Shown one piece after another: positions 46,701 to 60,400 of a stretch of DNA of 64,000 nucleotides. The DNA comes from a virus (taxonomy: Duplodnaviria > Heunggongvirae > Uroviricota > Caudoviricetes). Position 1 is the stretch's first letter. Each line of letters opens with the position of its first letter. The position numbers and the translations under genes were made by a program. Where the stretch lies: the IMG/VR virus record IMGVR_UViG_3300037589_000184, positions 34,523 through 98,522 of that record; one strand, 5' to 3'. The notes beneath the pieces are model-generated. The model was not told the DNA's origin. It made no database searches and was given only the letters and a program-made list of their open reading frames with translations.

Positions 46701-48403
46701 GATACCTTTGCAACACCATGGGAGGCCAACAGTGTGGAGATCTCATGTGTGGCCATGTCCACAAAATCCTCAAGCTTTTCGGCCTGCTCCTCGACCAATC
46801 TGTCATAGTTCTGCCTACCTATCTTGGATATGGTCTCCTGTCTATAGTCATCACTGGCTGAAAAATGTGGTGCAAATCTCTGGAACCGGGCATCCTCTGC
46901 AAGTTCCGGGATTTTGGTAATATCAAGGAACTCCGTGTTGTCATTGAGCCAAGAATATTTTTCCACAAGGGAGGTGTTCACCTCTTCCCAGTTCCTTGCC
47001 ATAATGGCCTCACTGTACTTTTTGTTGAACTTACGGAAAAAATTTGCCTGTGCTTTGTACCATTTGTTTGAGTAGGGGCCTACCAATCTTCCTGTCCTGT
47101 TACCATTCTCCGTTTTCTGGTAGAACAAATCATAGCTCACTTCGGAAAAGAGGGAGTTCAGGGGTCTCCAAGATATTCCATATCCCTTTTCCAAAAGCTT
47201 CCTCTTTACCTTGGGGACAAGTGCATTCATCTTCTGTACCTGTTCTGCGGCATAGGACTTGTTCTTGCTCCTACTGTTCTCAAGTTCCAACTTTATAAGC
47301 TGCCCCAACAATGAGTCCTGTCTTGTGAACTGTTTGTCTATGGTCCCGAAGAACTGTGATACCACACCTATGTCATCCTTGTCACTTAGGATCTCGTCCC
47401 TTATCTCCTTTGCCTGTTGTCCGGGGAATATGCTCTTTACCTTTGGTGAGGACTCTATAAGGTCCAACAGATATTTTTTCTTTGCATCGTACACCTTTGT
47501 CTTATGCTCGGTGACAGTGGCCCTCAACTTGTCAAGGGTCTTCTTTATCATGGGGTCCAGTTTTGTGGGGTCGGAGGTGTCCACGAACTGGTTCAATGTG
47601 TTCGATGAGGAATAGTCCGATATGATATCAAAATAGGATATCATGTACTCTGCCGTATGTATGTCCTCTATGGCAGGCCTGTCACCGGACAATAGTTCGT
47701 TTATAAGGGAAAGGTCGTCATTGAAGATGGACATGGTGGTCTCGAAGATATTGTCGGAATTGGTAAGGTCATGTACCTCTTTTTCCAGTCTCTCGGCAAT
47801 CTTCCTTACTTTCTGTATCTCCGATTTTATATCCTTCCCGGATTCATACTTTCTCCTTGCCAATAGGGTCTCCAATCTGGTGGTCACCTTTTTCAGGAGG
47901 TTTTTCTTTGCATTCAGGTAGTCGTTGAAATTTGTACTGTCCTGTCCATTGTCAAACGAGGGGAGCATATCGGAATCCATTTCCATGGCATGTTGCATGT
48001 CCTCCACTGTGGGGTACACCTGTCCGGCATAGACATATTCATTGGAGAGTGTCCTTTGTTCGTACATCTCGGCAAGGCTTTTCTCATTGTCCAGTTTCTG
48101 CTCATAGGCCTTCAACAGTACGGGAGGAAAATTGACTTCCAGACCAACGGTATTGCCAAGTTCCAACAACCTTGTCCAACCTCCGTACCTTTTGTCACCA
48201 AAGGTTTCCTCTGACCATTTCTCCACGGCCTGCTGCTTTTTTTGTGCTACCGCAAGTGCCTGCTCCTTGGTCCTGATCTTTTTCCCCGTCAGTTTAAAGG
48301 TGGCAACATTCCCCTCGAACACTATGTTCCTTGCCTTCCCCTTTATCAGTTCCCTTACCTTTTGGGTCCCACGGTCCTTGATTTCATTTATGTTGCATGC
48401 CAT
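43754..48403 (-). CDS. giant virion-associated protein (1549 aa) with Gly-zipper membrane segment
   Basis: Uninterrupted 4.65-kb ORF. Its ATG is 1 nt after the upstream gene's TGA. It has a central hydrophobic Gly-zipper, LFTTGFMAAGVMGLGVGMGGALALGAIAG. Confidence 0.6.
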   Translation of the reverse strand: MACNINEIKDRGTQKVRELIKGKARNIVFEGNVATFKLTGKKIRTKEQALAVAQKKQQAVEKWSEETFGDKRYGGWTRLLELGNTVGLEVNFPPVLLKAYEQKLDNEKSLAEMYEQRTLSNEYVYAGQVYPTVEDMQHAMEMDSDMLPSFDNGQDSTNFNDYLNAKKNLLKKVTTRLETLLARRKYESGKDIKSEIQKVRKIAERLEKEVHDLTNSDNIFETTMSIFNDDLSLINELLSGDRPAIEDIHTAEYMISYFDIISDYSSSNTLNQFVDTSDPTKLDPMIKKTLDKLRATVTEHKTKVYDAKKKYLLDLIESSPKVKSIFPGQQAKEIRDEILSDKDDIGVVSQFFGTIDKQFTRQDSLLGQLIKLELENSRSKNKSYAAEQVQKMNALVPKVKRKLLEKGYGISWRPLNSLFSEVSYDLFYQKTENGNRTGRLVGPYSNKWYKAQANFFRKFNKKYSEAIMARNWEEVNTSLVEKYSWLNDNTEFLDITKIPELAEDARFQRFAPHFSASDDYRQETISKIGRQNYDRLVEEQAEKLEDFVDMATHEISTLLASHGVAKVSDLPDNVQHSLNITLMRNSPFEFLSSHKRGQQGRVDYTIGNTGNQYQSHLKYNVFYPKSTVEKVDFNSGNRTSSDSGYFDPNFNQIKEDQDLLEFWEILNDSVTFMNMTLSDASKKLVHSSLPYMQKFTTDILLDKEMGTASKFSTLLSNTRETIGNLFSTRIRDIKASDIEDINNSNIQHIQDRVGLRYKTELLKLKQEYGNKPIPRKVLDKLREEVTHDVAMEQSFNLPVIIRAYLDMVSEYKSQRDSLPKISVFKNLYENIRLEKKNSFDPVSKIANSIRSRSRENGIQDKRMRANKRMDHWFNKNVMNLEDKEYWVTFGKFYDKNEKEYLKAAQEEKKRLSSLLESSEITEQQRDRYETELFEVDDTIANLGKNYTLAEMYNAVFNKFRIFVGLAWNIPSNITNRFQGWYSGAINDTGKYWTAGNFTVSNSFINKKGLRHIPGNNKYKNEIKKTRLFIDKLNIIQDATNEIDRARNDSGFTGTVKKLNPFYLTEYTEWHNQTPQILSMLMDERVIDKDGNQVPVFDGTSFPAHRIDENGEIVLKPEFDTPDNRATWQDFSNDRSADIKSRISEMIAILNGDYSRTGSTYIKSSNLGKTVMTFKTWLPNQIWQRFAYGQRDLALDKENFDGIYTGAYTSPKTSTASTALFTTGFMAAGVMGLGVGMGGALALGAIAGNVYLNRKARAGGEELLIAEQLADAGIAILKKMIGLPINTITGKDIVKAHQFDRLQVSEAERQNLQSLVTEISVLLGLALAKIIIKASFGPNDDEEPKTLAKGVPNPYLGKNSRTEQEKQFYNLMENQISKTLNDVTLYMNPDAMYNSMTTTSLMTWLERIKGISGAINKASQGLDEISTGPNAGESRLLNELQRTFVPSIGQGSLGFERMLEREFDPNENMDSWFFTDYKKDRKKARVDRSIERSKLLEYWKSEFDYDNQDIPTQKELDAVITKLINKEINATAPYPARYLYDDEQQYIGSD

Positions 48404-48404
48404 A

Positions 48405-51400
48405 TCAAATACAATCTGGTAGTTTCTTATGATTCGATTCAGGAAGCAGGTCCGTCACCGGTTCCTGTGGTGTCTGTGTATCAGGATCGAAGTCCGTGTC
48501 CACATTCTTCTTGAATGTATCAAAGGTATTGTTTTTTTGTCTTTTGAGGGTCTCTTCCTCTATAAAAACAAGGGTGTCCAACAATGCGGACTCTGCAAGT
48601 GAGCCTGATTTTATATCTGGGTTCAACGCTCTCAATATCCTCATAACTGCCTCCCTGAATTTATCAACGAGGGTCATATTGGACCTTTTGTACATTACCT
48701 TTGACATTTCCTCTTGGAACTTGGGTTCCGTAAGGGCAGTGGTAACAAATTCAAATATGTTCACGGAACCATATATATAGGCATCGTTCTCGTTGAACTC
48801 CGTGGGCAATCCAGGTTTTCTGTCATCCAGTTTCTTTTTCAGTACCTCTGTGGCCTCTGCCCCTATATGTTTCTTGAATTCGTTGAACACAAGGTGCAGA
48901 TTGGTCACATATCCGGGAACGGTGATGTCCGATCTCAATGTATTGCCGTCACTCTCATAGTATTTCCTCAGTTCCGTAGATGTTACCGAATGTACCGATT
49001 CATGTACAAAGGTACGGGCAGTCTTTTCTGGCCCCTTCATAAGGGAGTTGTCCACGTCAAGATAAATGGTGTCCTCTTTCCTGTTGTACCTCCCCGAGGC
49101 ATTGGTGCCCCTCCTTACCTTTATGTTCGTACTCTCCTTCAATACGGGAATCAGTGCCCTTGCGGCCTCTGGAAGGTTCTTGTACCTCTCGAACTTTGTG
49201 TTGGAGATCATTTCCATCACATCGGCAGGAAGACTGTCATCCGTTATGTCAAAAGGGTTGGTCAACATCTTGGCAGTGGCCTTCTTTATATTTGGCTCTT
49301 TTTTCGGCCTTGTGTCCACATTGTCCAAAAGGGACTTTGCATCCTGTTCATTGTACTGGTACTCCGACATACCATGTGTTCCCAAGATGGATATCCTTTT
49401 ATAAAGGGAGTTGCCCTGATGCTCAAACAAATGGAACTTGTCCTGTTTTCTTTTGCTCTTGGTGGGTACCCTCATCGATATGAACTTTGGCCTGTCATCA
49501 CTGTTCAAAATGAACGATGTCATCTTACTGCCCTTTCCCTCCTGTGGGGAAAACAGTTGTTTCTGTTGTTCCTTACTATACTGCCTTGCCTTTTCGGGAA
49601 AATGCTGTATATACTGTTTGGTGAACAGGTGGGTACTGTTTTCAGTGGTCTCCCTGTGCCCCAATACTTTTTGGAATATATCGGGCCTTCTGTTAGAGTT
49701 ATAGGACTGCATCACATTGGCAGCGGAAACAAACCTGTCCCCTGATCTTACGCCCACGGACTCAAGATACTCTATGGGCACATATTTTATGAACTGGATG
49801 GCCTCCTGTATCCCTCCCTCTATGTAGGCATAGGTTATAAGATCCTGTGCAAGTTCCCTAGTGGAATATGGTGATCCATTGAGGTCTGGCAATGGCCTGT
49901 CCTCCACTATCAGTTCGGCAAAGGAATTGTAAAGGTACTCCTCATCAAAATTGTCGTTGGATGTATTGTTGAACTTTATCAATGAAGGTTCCCCCATATT
50001 GCCCAGTGAGTATGAGAACTTGTTCAACAACCTGTTTTCCTTTACTGCATTTGTCCCCTGTGAGAATCCCCCGAACTTTTTGCCCCTGTTGGTGATGTCA
50101 TTGAGGTACCTTGCCAAGGAAACATTGGTGTCCGAGTCCATAAACAATCTTTTTCTTTCATTGTTGGCAGTATCGGTGAACAATCCATTGTTCTTCCTTG
50201 AATAGATATACTTCTTGATTTCCCTGATGACTTCCTGTCTTCCCTCGATTTCCTTAAAGCTGCTCTCTGTGTCCGTGTTCGAGACAATAAGGGTCTCATT
50301 GACCACTGAGTTGAAATATCTGTCATTATATGGGAAATATGAGTTCCAGAGACTGTTGCCCAATCTTGTGCCCTCAAGGACTATCTGTCCCTGTGGTGTC
50401 CTTGCCTGCATATAATTGTCACCGACTATATGGTATCCCTCTGGGGCCTCCCCTCCCTCTATCGGCCTACTGTCACCTATAAGGGAGAAGGCATTGGCCA
50501 CTCTCTGGTTGTTGGGGAGATCTGCAAGGTTGCGGAAAAGTACAGCGGATTCCACTATGGACTTTCCTAGATTGTTGGTATTCAGTACAGACTGTAACCT
50601 TGATATGCTCCTTGCATAGGTATCGAGTTCAAGGAACTTTGCCAATGCGGCCAACTGTACCTTTTTGTCCTCTCCGAAGGAACTTATTCCCTCCAACATA
50701 TTATCCCCCGTCAACATGGTGGACCAATCCACTTCCTCGTATGTATCGGATGTCAATAGACTGCCCTCCGAATATACAAGGTTTCCATTTGAATATGTTG
50801 ACACAAGGTCTGCCACTGTCCTTTCCTGTAGGTCACGGACATAGTCGGACACTATCCCCTTCCCGTTCTCCATACGGGATACATATTCCCTCAATATGGG
50901 CTGTGAGAGCAACAGATAGGAAATGGAGTTCCCATTGCTGTCCTTGTCAAAACCAAGTGCAGTGAGCAGGGAATCCACATTGATGGTAGTGGAGTTTATG
51001 TTCACCCTACCAAGTATCTGTTCCTTCTCATTGTCAGTGGCAGTGTTCTGCCTTTCGGCAAACACTTCTGCAACGGATCTTTCCCCATCCAATGTCCTTT
51101 CCCTTCCAAGTGTGCCATCCGATCTTAGATTGCCCATCACCACTTCTTTTGGAACCATTTCATCCTCTCCTACATTCTCCATCAATCTCAATGGATCCGG
51201 AACCTGTTGTGAAAGTCCGTGGAAGGTCACATAGTTTGAGTAGACACCAATGGCAAGCTTACCTGCCGCACCAAGTCCCATCTTCTTTTTCTGGTACTCA
51301 TCGGACAACATGGTAAAGGACGTAACATCCTGATTATCAGACAATGCTTCTATCATATCTGCCTGTCCGGATGCAAACTTCATTGAAAGTACCTTATTGA

Positions 51401-54400
51401 TCTTCTTCTGAACCTCTGTGTCCGGATTGGAGAACACGGCCATGTGGATCTTTATGAACTCGTTCTCAAGGAGCTTCTCATCGAACTTTTCATTTACAAG
51501 GTCTATCTTCTCCTGTATGTTGGTCAACTTATCATTTATTGCCTCTTCATAGGCATCCCCCAACATTGCCCTCATCAACCTGTCCTCTGGGCTGTCCTTT
51601 ATCAATTGCTCCTTTTCAAGGGCATCCAACAGACCTTTCAACCTGCTTTCCCTGTGCTCCTCGGAGAGTATGGAAATCTTGCCATTGGTCTCCACTATGT
51701 GGTTCAACTGATATGCGGTCTCCTTATCGATATCATAGTCAAGTCCCTTCTGTTTTGTAAAGTTTTTTGGTACTATCATAAGATCCCCTACCTCTGGTGG
51801 GAGAATACCCACTATCTCTATGTTGGATCCGGACACATGTGAGGATGTGGGGGTACGGAAACTGAAATTTCTGAGCAATGCCGGGTCCACCATATCCATG
51901 TTGAGACCAAATGTGCCATCTTCGTTTTCCACAAGATAGACATAAGCACCATTCTTTTTCTGGTATAGGTCCATAAGGTTTCCATTGGCATCCTTGAACT
52001 TTGATGGCATCAATACCTGTGCAGGCTGCATCTTTCCATCCACTTCTTTTGCCCCTTGTAGCTCCTGTCCATTCCACCCCTGTAACCTTATTATACGGGA
52101 CCTGTCCATATCATCGAGTGTGGAGAGTGTTGCAAAACCTGTCTCAGATCCTGCAACAAAGGAATTTCCGGGTATCTTGAAATTCATCAACCTGTTGGAC
52201 ACAATGGAATTCAAAAGGGATTCGTACCTATTACTGTTGGTGGAGAGCCATAATGGGACCTTGAATTCCTGATAGGTGTTTCCATTGATATCCGCTTTCT
52301 CCTCAAGTTCCAATCCCTTGATATCCTGTATGGGGTATCCCCTTTTCTCGGCCTCGGATTTCAAAAGGGACTGTAACTTTTCCATTGTCACAGAGCTGTC
52401 CACTGGCTCCCCGTTGTCATCCAATCCAAGCTCACGGAAAAGTTTTTTTCTTTTTGAAGCAACCAGATCCGTGAACACTGAGTTGTACCTGTCATATAGC
52501 TGTTGGCCATCAAGTTCTTCTCCATTGTACGCAAACCCCTTTGCCTTCATGACCCCATCACCGAACAACAATTTGAACATCTGTGTCCCCATTGAAACCT
52601 TATCTTCCTTGACCTGATCGGATTTGAAGGGCACATCCTGCTGTATCCTGAAACTGTCCCTTGATAGTTCCAACATGGTCTCCTCTATGTCCTCAAGTTC
52701 ATCGGAGAAGATATCCTTTGCATTTGACATTGCCCCTACTTTATTGGCAGTCTGGTAGGACAATCTCACGGGTTTTCCATGTTTGGCCTCAAGTTCCTCC
52801 ATCTTCTCCCTGACCCTGTCAAGTGAGGTGCCTGCCGTAAGTTGTGGGATCAGGGGGAATGAGGAGGACTTTATGTACACTGTCCTCATCACATCCTGTA
52901 CAGGATCATATACCTGCCCGGTGAACACGGGCTTTATGGGCTGTAATACAAGCCCCATCTGTTCCTTTGTCAAAGGTCTCTCCGCCAAGAGTGCATCCTT
53001 TATTTCCGACATCTGGGAATCGGACAGCCTTCCTTGGTTCTGTAGTATATGTACATGTTCCCAAACAGTGGTATATTCCTGTGCATCCGTGGACTCTATG
53101 TCAAAGTAATCCGAAAGTTGTGGAAACGTGTCGGCAAGAGTGTCCCTTACCTTTGCGGCCTCTTCCTTTCTTCCATTTGACACAAGGTCCGAGTAGGTCT
53201 GCAACAACGGTCTTGCTTTTTGTACCCCTTCCTGCCCATAGAACAGGGATACCAGATATTCGGAGTTTTCCGAGATGTCCACGGAATCCTTTGCAAACAG
53301 TTGTATGTAGGCATCATTGAGGGAATTGGCCAACTTGTTCCCGGGGGCTATCAAGAGGGCCAACCTCTTTCCAATATTGGTACCTATCTTCTTTGAGGTA
53401 TCTATATAGAACTGGTCATTTGCGGAATGTACCAAAGGTCTGATGTTCAGTTTCAGTTCATTGTACATTTCACGGCTTATGGCACCTGTGGACACAAGAC
53501 CATCGATTCCCTTCAAGAAACTTGAATGGTCGGCATAATGGGAGAAAAGTCCCTCTTTTCCATAGGCCTGTGCAATTGCCCTTATCCTTTGGTTGTCCAC
53601 TCCCAGTTTTGAGAACAGTTTATCCTGTGAATAAAGGGCGGGATCCCCTGCAAAAAGATAGAAGGAATTTGCATTTGCCACCATGGAATTGAGCACAAAA
53701 TCATAGGTTCCCAACCTGAACTTTTTATCAAGGTCCCCCTTGCCCATGGAAAGATACTTTTTGTCGAACAGATCTAAGGATGTGATCTTTCCACTGCTGT
53801 CCCTTTCGACAAGGCCATTTTCCCAAAGGGCCATTTTTTCGTTCACCAATTCGGATATAGTGGTCTCCATGGTGTCCAACATCTGCTCTTTGAAGTTCTG
53901 TTCCACATAGTCCAAAGTGACCTTATCGGAAACGGAGATGTATTTTATCAACCTTATCCCACCCTTGTCCTTCACATTGTTGAGCTGTGGCAATAGGTGG
54001 AACATCTGGGCACCGAGGTCATAGCCCTCTATATCGGTCCCATTGACATCTTTTGAAAACTTCAACATACGTTTCAGTTCCGGCAATATCAATTGGTCGT
54101 ACATAAGCTCCCTCAATGACTGTGACAACTTTACATTACCGGTAAGGTCATCTACCAAAAATGCTGAATCGGCCTCTTCCAAAAAGTTGAACACCCCTGT
54201 CTTGAGCATCAACATCTGGGATTTGTCCGACATTGTGGGAAGGAACATGTTGGCCATCCTCATTCCATAACCCTTGTACTTTCTTTTTATGGTGCCCTGT
54301 TGTGTATCCTGAAACCCCGTAAGCTTTGCAAGATCATGGTCCATGGTGTTGAGGTCGGTGATGGAAGAAAAATTGGAAGATGATTTTCCCAATTGTTTCA

Positions 54401-57400
54401 ATGCCGTGATACCATTATGACTGATGCCGAACTTCTCGGCAAAATTTGGCTCGTTCTGCAAAAGGTCGAGTACCAATGAATTGGATGAGAAGGAAATGTT
54501 CCCGAACTCCCCCAACAATCTTTTATCCGTAAGTGCAGATCTCTTTAGATCGTTTACCCTGTCCGTCACAAATTTTGTGGGGACCTGTCCGGATACCTGT
54601 TTGCCCCCGTCCCTAAAAGTAAGGGTCATTGATTGTGGGGTATACTTTGCCTCTATCTTGGAGAGTGTGTTCAATACCCCTTGCATATCGGTAAAGGGGT
54701 GGTTCTTCTCATTTTCCTCAAACTCCGTGTTCCTTACATGATCCTTGGTGATATTGTCCAGATATTCCCTGAGCAGGGAGAAGATGCCAGTTTTGGTATA
54801 GAACTGCTCGTCGTATTTTTTATATGAACTGTCATAATAGAACTTTCCGTCCTTTAGTTCCCCCCAAGTCTGGTCCGAGACCTCCAATCCAAAATTTGAT
54901 AGCCATTCCCTTATCCTTATATCGTCCACCAAATGTTTTTCGGCCCCCCAAGAATCATAGGTATCCAACAGCTTCTTTGCAAATACCTTGTTGATGGTGG
55001 CAGTTTCCTTGCTCTGGTCAACGAGTTTGGTGACCATGAAATTGTTCCTCCATTTATCCCTTACCAATCTTGTGACCTCGTTTGCATTGGTATCGAATAT
55101 CTTCAATGTTGTCCCATTGTTACCAGTACTGTACATGGCAAACTTCATCTGCAACGCATGTTTTGTGTAGTTGTACACAAATTCCCTTTTTATCTGGTCA
55201 TCGGCAGCTTCCAATTTTTCGATCAATTCCGATACCCATGGCTCGGTCTGTTCCATTTCCCTCAGTTTCCCCAACATCGTGTGGTAATCGGACTGTATGT
55301 CCACTCCTGTACCAAAGTATTGGGCCACACTGTTGTACACATCGTTGAAGCCTATATAGGTGGGGAGTCCCAAAAAGCCCCTTTTAATGTTGCCATTGGG
55401 AGAGTACTTTCTTATCCCGGCCATGAACCTTCTCAATCTATAGGAGGTCTTCTGTTTTCCATTTTCCTCTATGGAGGATTTGTTGTAGTCCTTTTCCCTT
55501 ATGGACATATCCTCCTCAAGTTTTGCCTCATCGTCCAAGGTCTCGGTGATGCCCGTATATTTGCCTACTTTCTGTAATGCCTTGTCCTCTATGGATTTCC
55601 AGTTGTCCTCTATGCTCTGATACACATCAAGTGCATTTCTGTAATCCTTGATGAGCTTTGAGAGCCTTTCCTGTTGGGAGGGGTTTGCATCATAAAGTTC
55701 CTGCAATTTTGGCAAAACCTCCTGTATCTGTTTTTTTGAAGATCCCGTGATGGTGCTATAGGATCCCTTGAGTTCTTCCAACAACAACTTCTTGTTTATC
55801 TTTGCACCATATTTGAGGTCCACACTGGTCAGTAGATTATTGAACAGGAAGTCCACTATCTGGCTTTCCTGTAATATGGAAAGTCCCGGGGCAATGTTGA
55901 ATATGTTCGAGAGCCTATCGACACTGTCCAGTTCGGCAGGCAGTTCATCCATATCCTCGGAAAGGTTGAAACCTATGTCCTTGATAAGATCCTCATAGCC
56001 CTTGATCGTTCCCTCTATGTCATCTTCCACTGTGGCAGGGATTTCCGGAACCTGTACCTCAGAAGATGCTCTTTCTTTGAAATCCTCTATCGGGGCCTGT
56101 TCGGTATCAATGTTGAAAGTGACCACTGGTTGTATGGAGGTTGCATATATAGGATTCTCCTGTGTACCAACATTGAAGGATTTTATGTTGGTGGTGAGGA
56201 CCGTCTTCAAATAGTCGGGGTACCCCATCTCCATATCCTCCACAATACCATCCTTTATATTGGCCATGGACATCTTTCTTGAAATGAACCTCAACTGTGT
56301 CAGTTGTCTGAAACCTTCCTCATTTGATGTGAACAGGGTCTTTCCATATTGGGTCAGGGTGTTTGAGTTCCCCTGTGGTACACCATAGGCATTCATAAGG
56401 TCAACGGCATCCCTACCTATCCTAATATCGGTACCGGTGATCTTTTTCACGTCTTCAACTATTTTAGAGGCCTTTTTTTCCTCCATATCATAAGGGGTCC
56501 CCGCAACATACTGTTCATACATGGATCTTACCCTTTCATTGTCAAGGTTCAACCTTGCCTGTGCGGCCCATATCCACCTAAGGGTCTCAAGGGCCTCTGT
56601 ATGTATACCATTATTACCAAGGTTGTTCCTTCTGGTCACAGGAAATGCCCTCCATGTCTCTTTCCCCGTTTCCGGGTCCGTACCTATTCTCCTGATGTCC
56701 CAAGTATGTCCATCGGTCCTATATCTACTTTTTTCGTTTATCTGTTTGAAATCCTTTGCCCTATCGTTGACCAACATCCTGTTCTCGTTCTCAAATGGGA
56801 CATTATAATCAAGTTCAAGTGAGGACCCTCTTTGTACGGCAATGATGGACTGTGGATTTGCTTCCGAGATGGATATCTCGGGCCTGTCCATGGGTATCCT
56901 ATAAAAGGCCCCCTCCCTTTTGGAGGTCACCTTCAATGTGGAGGTACTGCCGTCAATAATGCTGTTCCTCAATGTCGATACATTGTCCTTGCCCTTCTGT
57001 ATCAATTCGGCATGTGATGGGGAAATGTTCGAAAGGTCCACAGTATCCATGTCACTGGTAGGGTCGGACACATTGAAAGGGTTGTACCAGTCCACATCAT
57101 GTATGTATGCCATGGGCACACCTTTTTCATTAAGGGCAAAGATCGGCACCCTGTCCCTGAACTCCTGTGTATCCCTGAAATTTCTGTCGGACAGTTCCCT
57201 CTCAGAGACCCAGTCCGAAAAGGGTTTTACGATTGCTGAACCATCCGGGTTCCTGCCAACTGTGAGCTTTATCTTTTGCCACATGTCCTCCGGGGCCACC
57301 ATTACCTGTATGCTGCTGCCCTCATTGAACTTATCAGGGTGTAAAAGATCGGAGAAGTCCACTATGCTGTCGGCATCTATGTTGAGCCTTCCATCATCTG

Positions 57401-60400
57401 CCTGTACCCTTTTCCAGTTTCCTTCCTCGTCCACAACTTCATTGTAGGCAATGGCATTGAACCCCAGTTTGGTGTCCGCAATGGCCACCCTTTTTCCACT
57501 TACTTTCTTGATAGGGACATTCTGATCTGTGAACCCGACTATGGGAGCAGCTTTCTCCCCTATCCTCTCCTCCTGTGAGTCGAGATGCTGTGAGACTTCC
57601 TGTTGTCTTTCGGGAAGGGTCTGTGAGAATATGTTGTTTATGGCATCCAATGCCTGCTGTGTCACTCTTTTCAATGGGTCGAACAGCTCATCATATATGG
57701 CCTCGAAGTCAGGCTCCTGATAAGAGTTGCCCTCCCATCCCAATCTATAGGCATTGAAGTTCTCCTCTATCATTTCCTGTGGGGCATAGGCCAATAGATG
57801 GTGCATGAACTCCTTGAAGTCCGGTTTTCTGTTGTTCTTCTTTTCAAGTGCCCCATAGATGTTGGCCACACTGTCAACAATGGTCTGTCTCTGCTCGGGG
57901 GTCAGGCCCTCCGTACTGTTGGGAAGTTCATCAAAATTGTCCAGAACATCATCCCTGACAACGAATGCGGAATTTATTTCGGATACATTGTCATTGATTT
58001 CTTTCCCGATATCCGGATCCAAGGGTTCCTCAACGACCTCTGCCGGAGTTTCCTCTATAGGTGTCCCGGATACGTTCCTGTCTATGGTGTCCTCCTGTTT
58101 CTGTTGATCGGCATCTGCTTTGAGCTTTACCTGTTGTTTGAAAAAGTCGGATATCTGTTTCCTTTCGTTCTTTGTAAGCCCCTGTCCAAAATTCTTTGAT
58201 GCCGTGGACATTACTGTGTCCACTGTGGCCTCGTCCACTTCTTCCATCAGGTTCAACTGTTTGGCAACCTCTGATGAAAGTTCTTTTTTCTGTCTCTCGC
58301 TCTCTTGGAATTTTGGTGATACCTGTCTGTTGAACTCGACAAGGGAATCGTCCACTGTCCTCTGCACCTCTTCTTCCACTGTATTCAAGAGGTCATAGGT
58401 CTGTACAGAGGCAATGTCCTCTTTTTCCAGTACATCCAAGAACTTTTTATAGTTTGCTTTCTCTGTCCCGTCCACAAACTCGTTCTTTGTATAGAGATCA
58501 TCAAGGGTATAGGATACATTGAGGTTCTTCCGTTTGATAAGTGCATCAAGGTCCTCCCTCACATCATCGGAGATCTCCACCTTTCTCTGGGAAAGGTCGT
58601 TTAATGTCCTTCTTCCAATAATCTTGTTTGACTGTAACTGTACTATGTCCCCGATATTTGGAAGGTGCCTGTACCTGTCATATACTGTTTTCAGTTTATC
58701 CACATCCTGCTTTGCAAGTTGTGCATTCATCCTTGTGCTTTCCGATACATCTGTATTGGTTGACAATCTGTCAAGGGAACTTATGAACTCATCCGCAGTG
58801 TTTGTCTTAAAGGATTTGACGGCAAGATTGTAGAACATCTTTTGTTCCACCTTATCTGCCTGATCGTTTTTACCCTCATTTCTCAGTTGCTGTACCTTCA
58901 ATCTCTGGTCAGCTATGGTAAATCCCGATTGGGCAGTGGAGAAGTCAATGATCGAGGATACCTCTTCATCTGATACGGCATTCCTCAATTGTGACATTCT
59001 TTTTCTAATCTCTTCCCTGTTTCTGTAGAATTCTGGATTGTTGATCCTACTGGGCAGTGTCAATCCGGCCCCAAATGCCCTGAACCCCACTCCCATAAGG
59101 GCAGTCTGCCCAAGTATGTCTATATGGGTATCAGCGGAACCAAGGGCCTTTATCTCGTCAAGGTTCCCACTGTTCAGGGAGTTCAAGGGAGCGACAAAGA
59201 GTTCCTCAAAATATTCCCCGGGGATACTGTTCAGACCTATGGCATCGGAGAACTTCGATGTCCCCTCCTTTATGTTCTTATAGACTTTTCCCAACCTTGT
59301 GTTGACAAAGTTCCCACTTGCCCTTTTCAATACGGGGAGCTTTGCCAGTCCCGAATCAAAAAGTTTTCCACCAAACTTTTCGGATACCAGTTCATTTGCG
59401 GTATCAAAGAATCCCTGTCTTATGGCCTTGCCCACACTTACGGGTACCATTCTGTCCAACATCTCGTCGTATGAGATAGTCCCCGGAACATCCTTTGTGC
59501 CCAATCTCCCATCTATCTCATCAAGCTCTATTGAAAGTTCTTCGGAAAGGTCCCCGGAAATAGACAATATTTCCTGTCTCCTCTTTTCATCGGCCTTCCT
59601 CAATATGGCCACTTCATCTTTTGTCCTGTTATAGAGGTCATCCCTGAAATACACCTTTGACACACTTCCATTGTCATCAAAATCGACCTCCATTGCACCT
59701 TTGTACCTATCAACCATATTGCTATAGGTCAAGGGCATGGCAAGGGCCTGTGTGCCCACTGCAAGTGTGTTTGCGGCAGTTCCCGATATTCCAGTGGCAA
59801 CGGATCTCCTTACCCCCTGTTTGATAAGCTGCTTGGCACCCCCCTGTACACCTGTCCTGACACTGTTCGACACTCCACTTGTAGCTGCCATCTGTGCAAG
59901 AAAGGGCAGGGATTTCATGGTCCCATCGACTATCCTATAGCCACGGGAGTGTTGCATGTCACTTGAGGACTGTATCTGTTCCGTTAGGGCAGTGGCCTTG
60001 AACAGGGCATCTTCGGAGGGTTCCAGTTGTGACCCCTTTTCAGCCTTTAACAATACTGGCAAGGTGAACATCACATCCTGTACGAACCCGTACATTCCCA
60101 GTGTGCCCAGTTCCCTGTCCATTCCATCAAGGGCAGCCTGCCACCCAGAGGATTTGTTTATCACGGCATCCACCGATTCCATGGATTCCTCCAACTTGTT
60201 CATGGCCATCTTGAACTCCCCTCTTTTATGTGAAAGGAGCTTGTCCTCCCCCTCCCCATACTCAAATTCAAGGAATGCCATACGGGCATCACTCAGGTTC
60301 CTGTTCAATCTTTCTTTTATTTCATTGAGGACCGGAAGGGATTTTGCATGGATGCTCTCATTTATTTCGTTGACCCTTTTTGCATTCTCACCCGACATAC

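Noticed and set aside
48714-49745. 343-aa + strand ORF and many other + strand ORFs inside the giant - strand genes
   Set aside because: These are low-complexity, Cys and Leu-rich shadow ORFs of the 12.5-kb gene.
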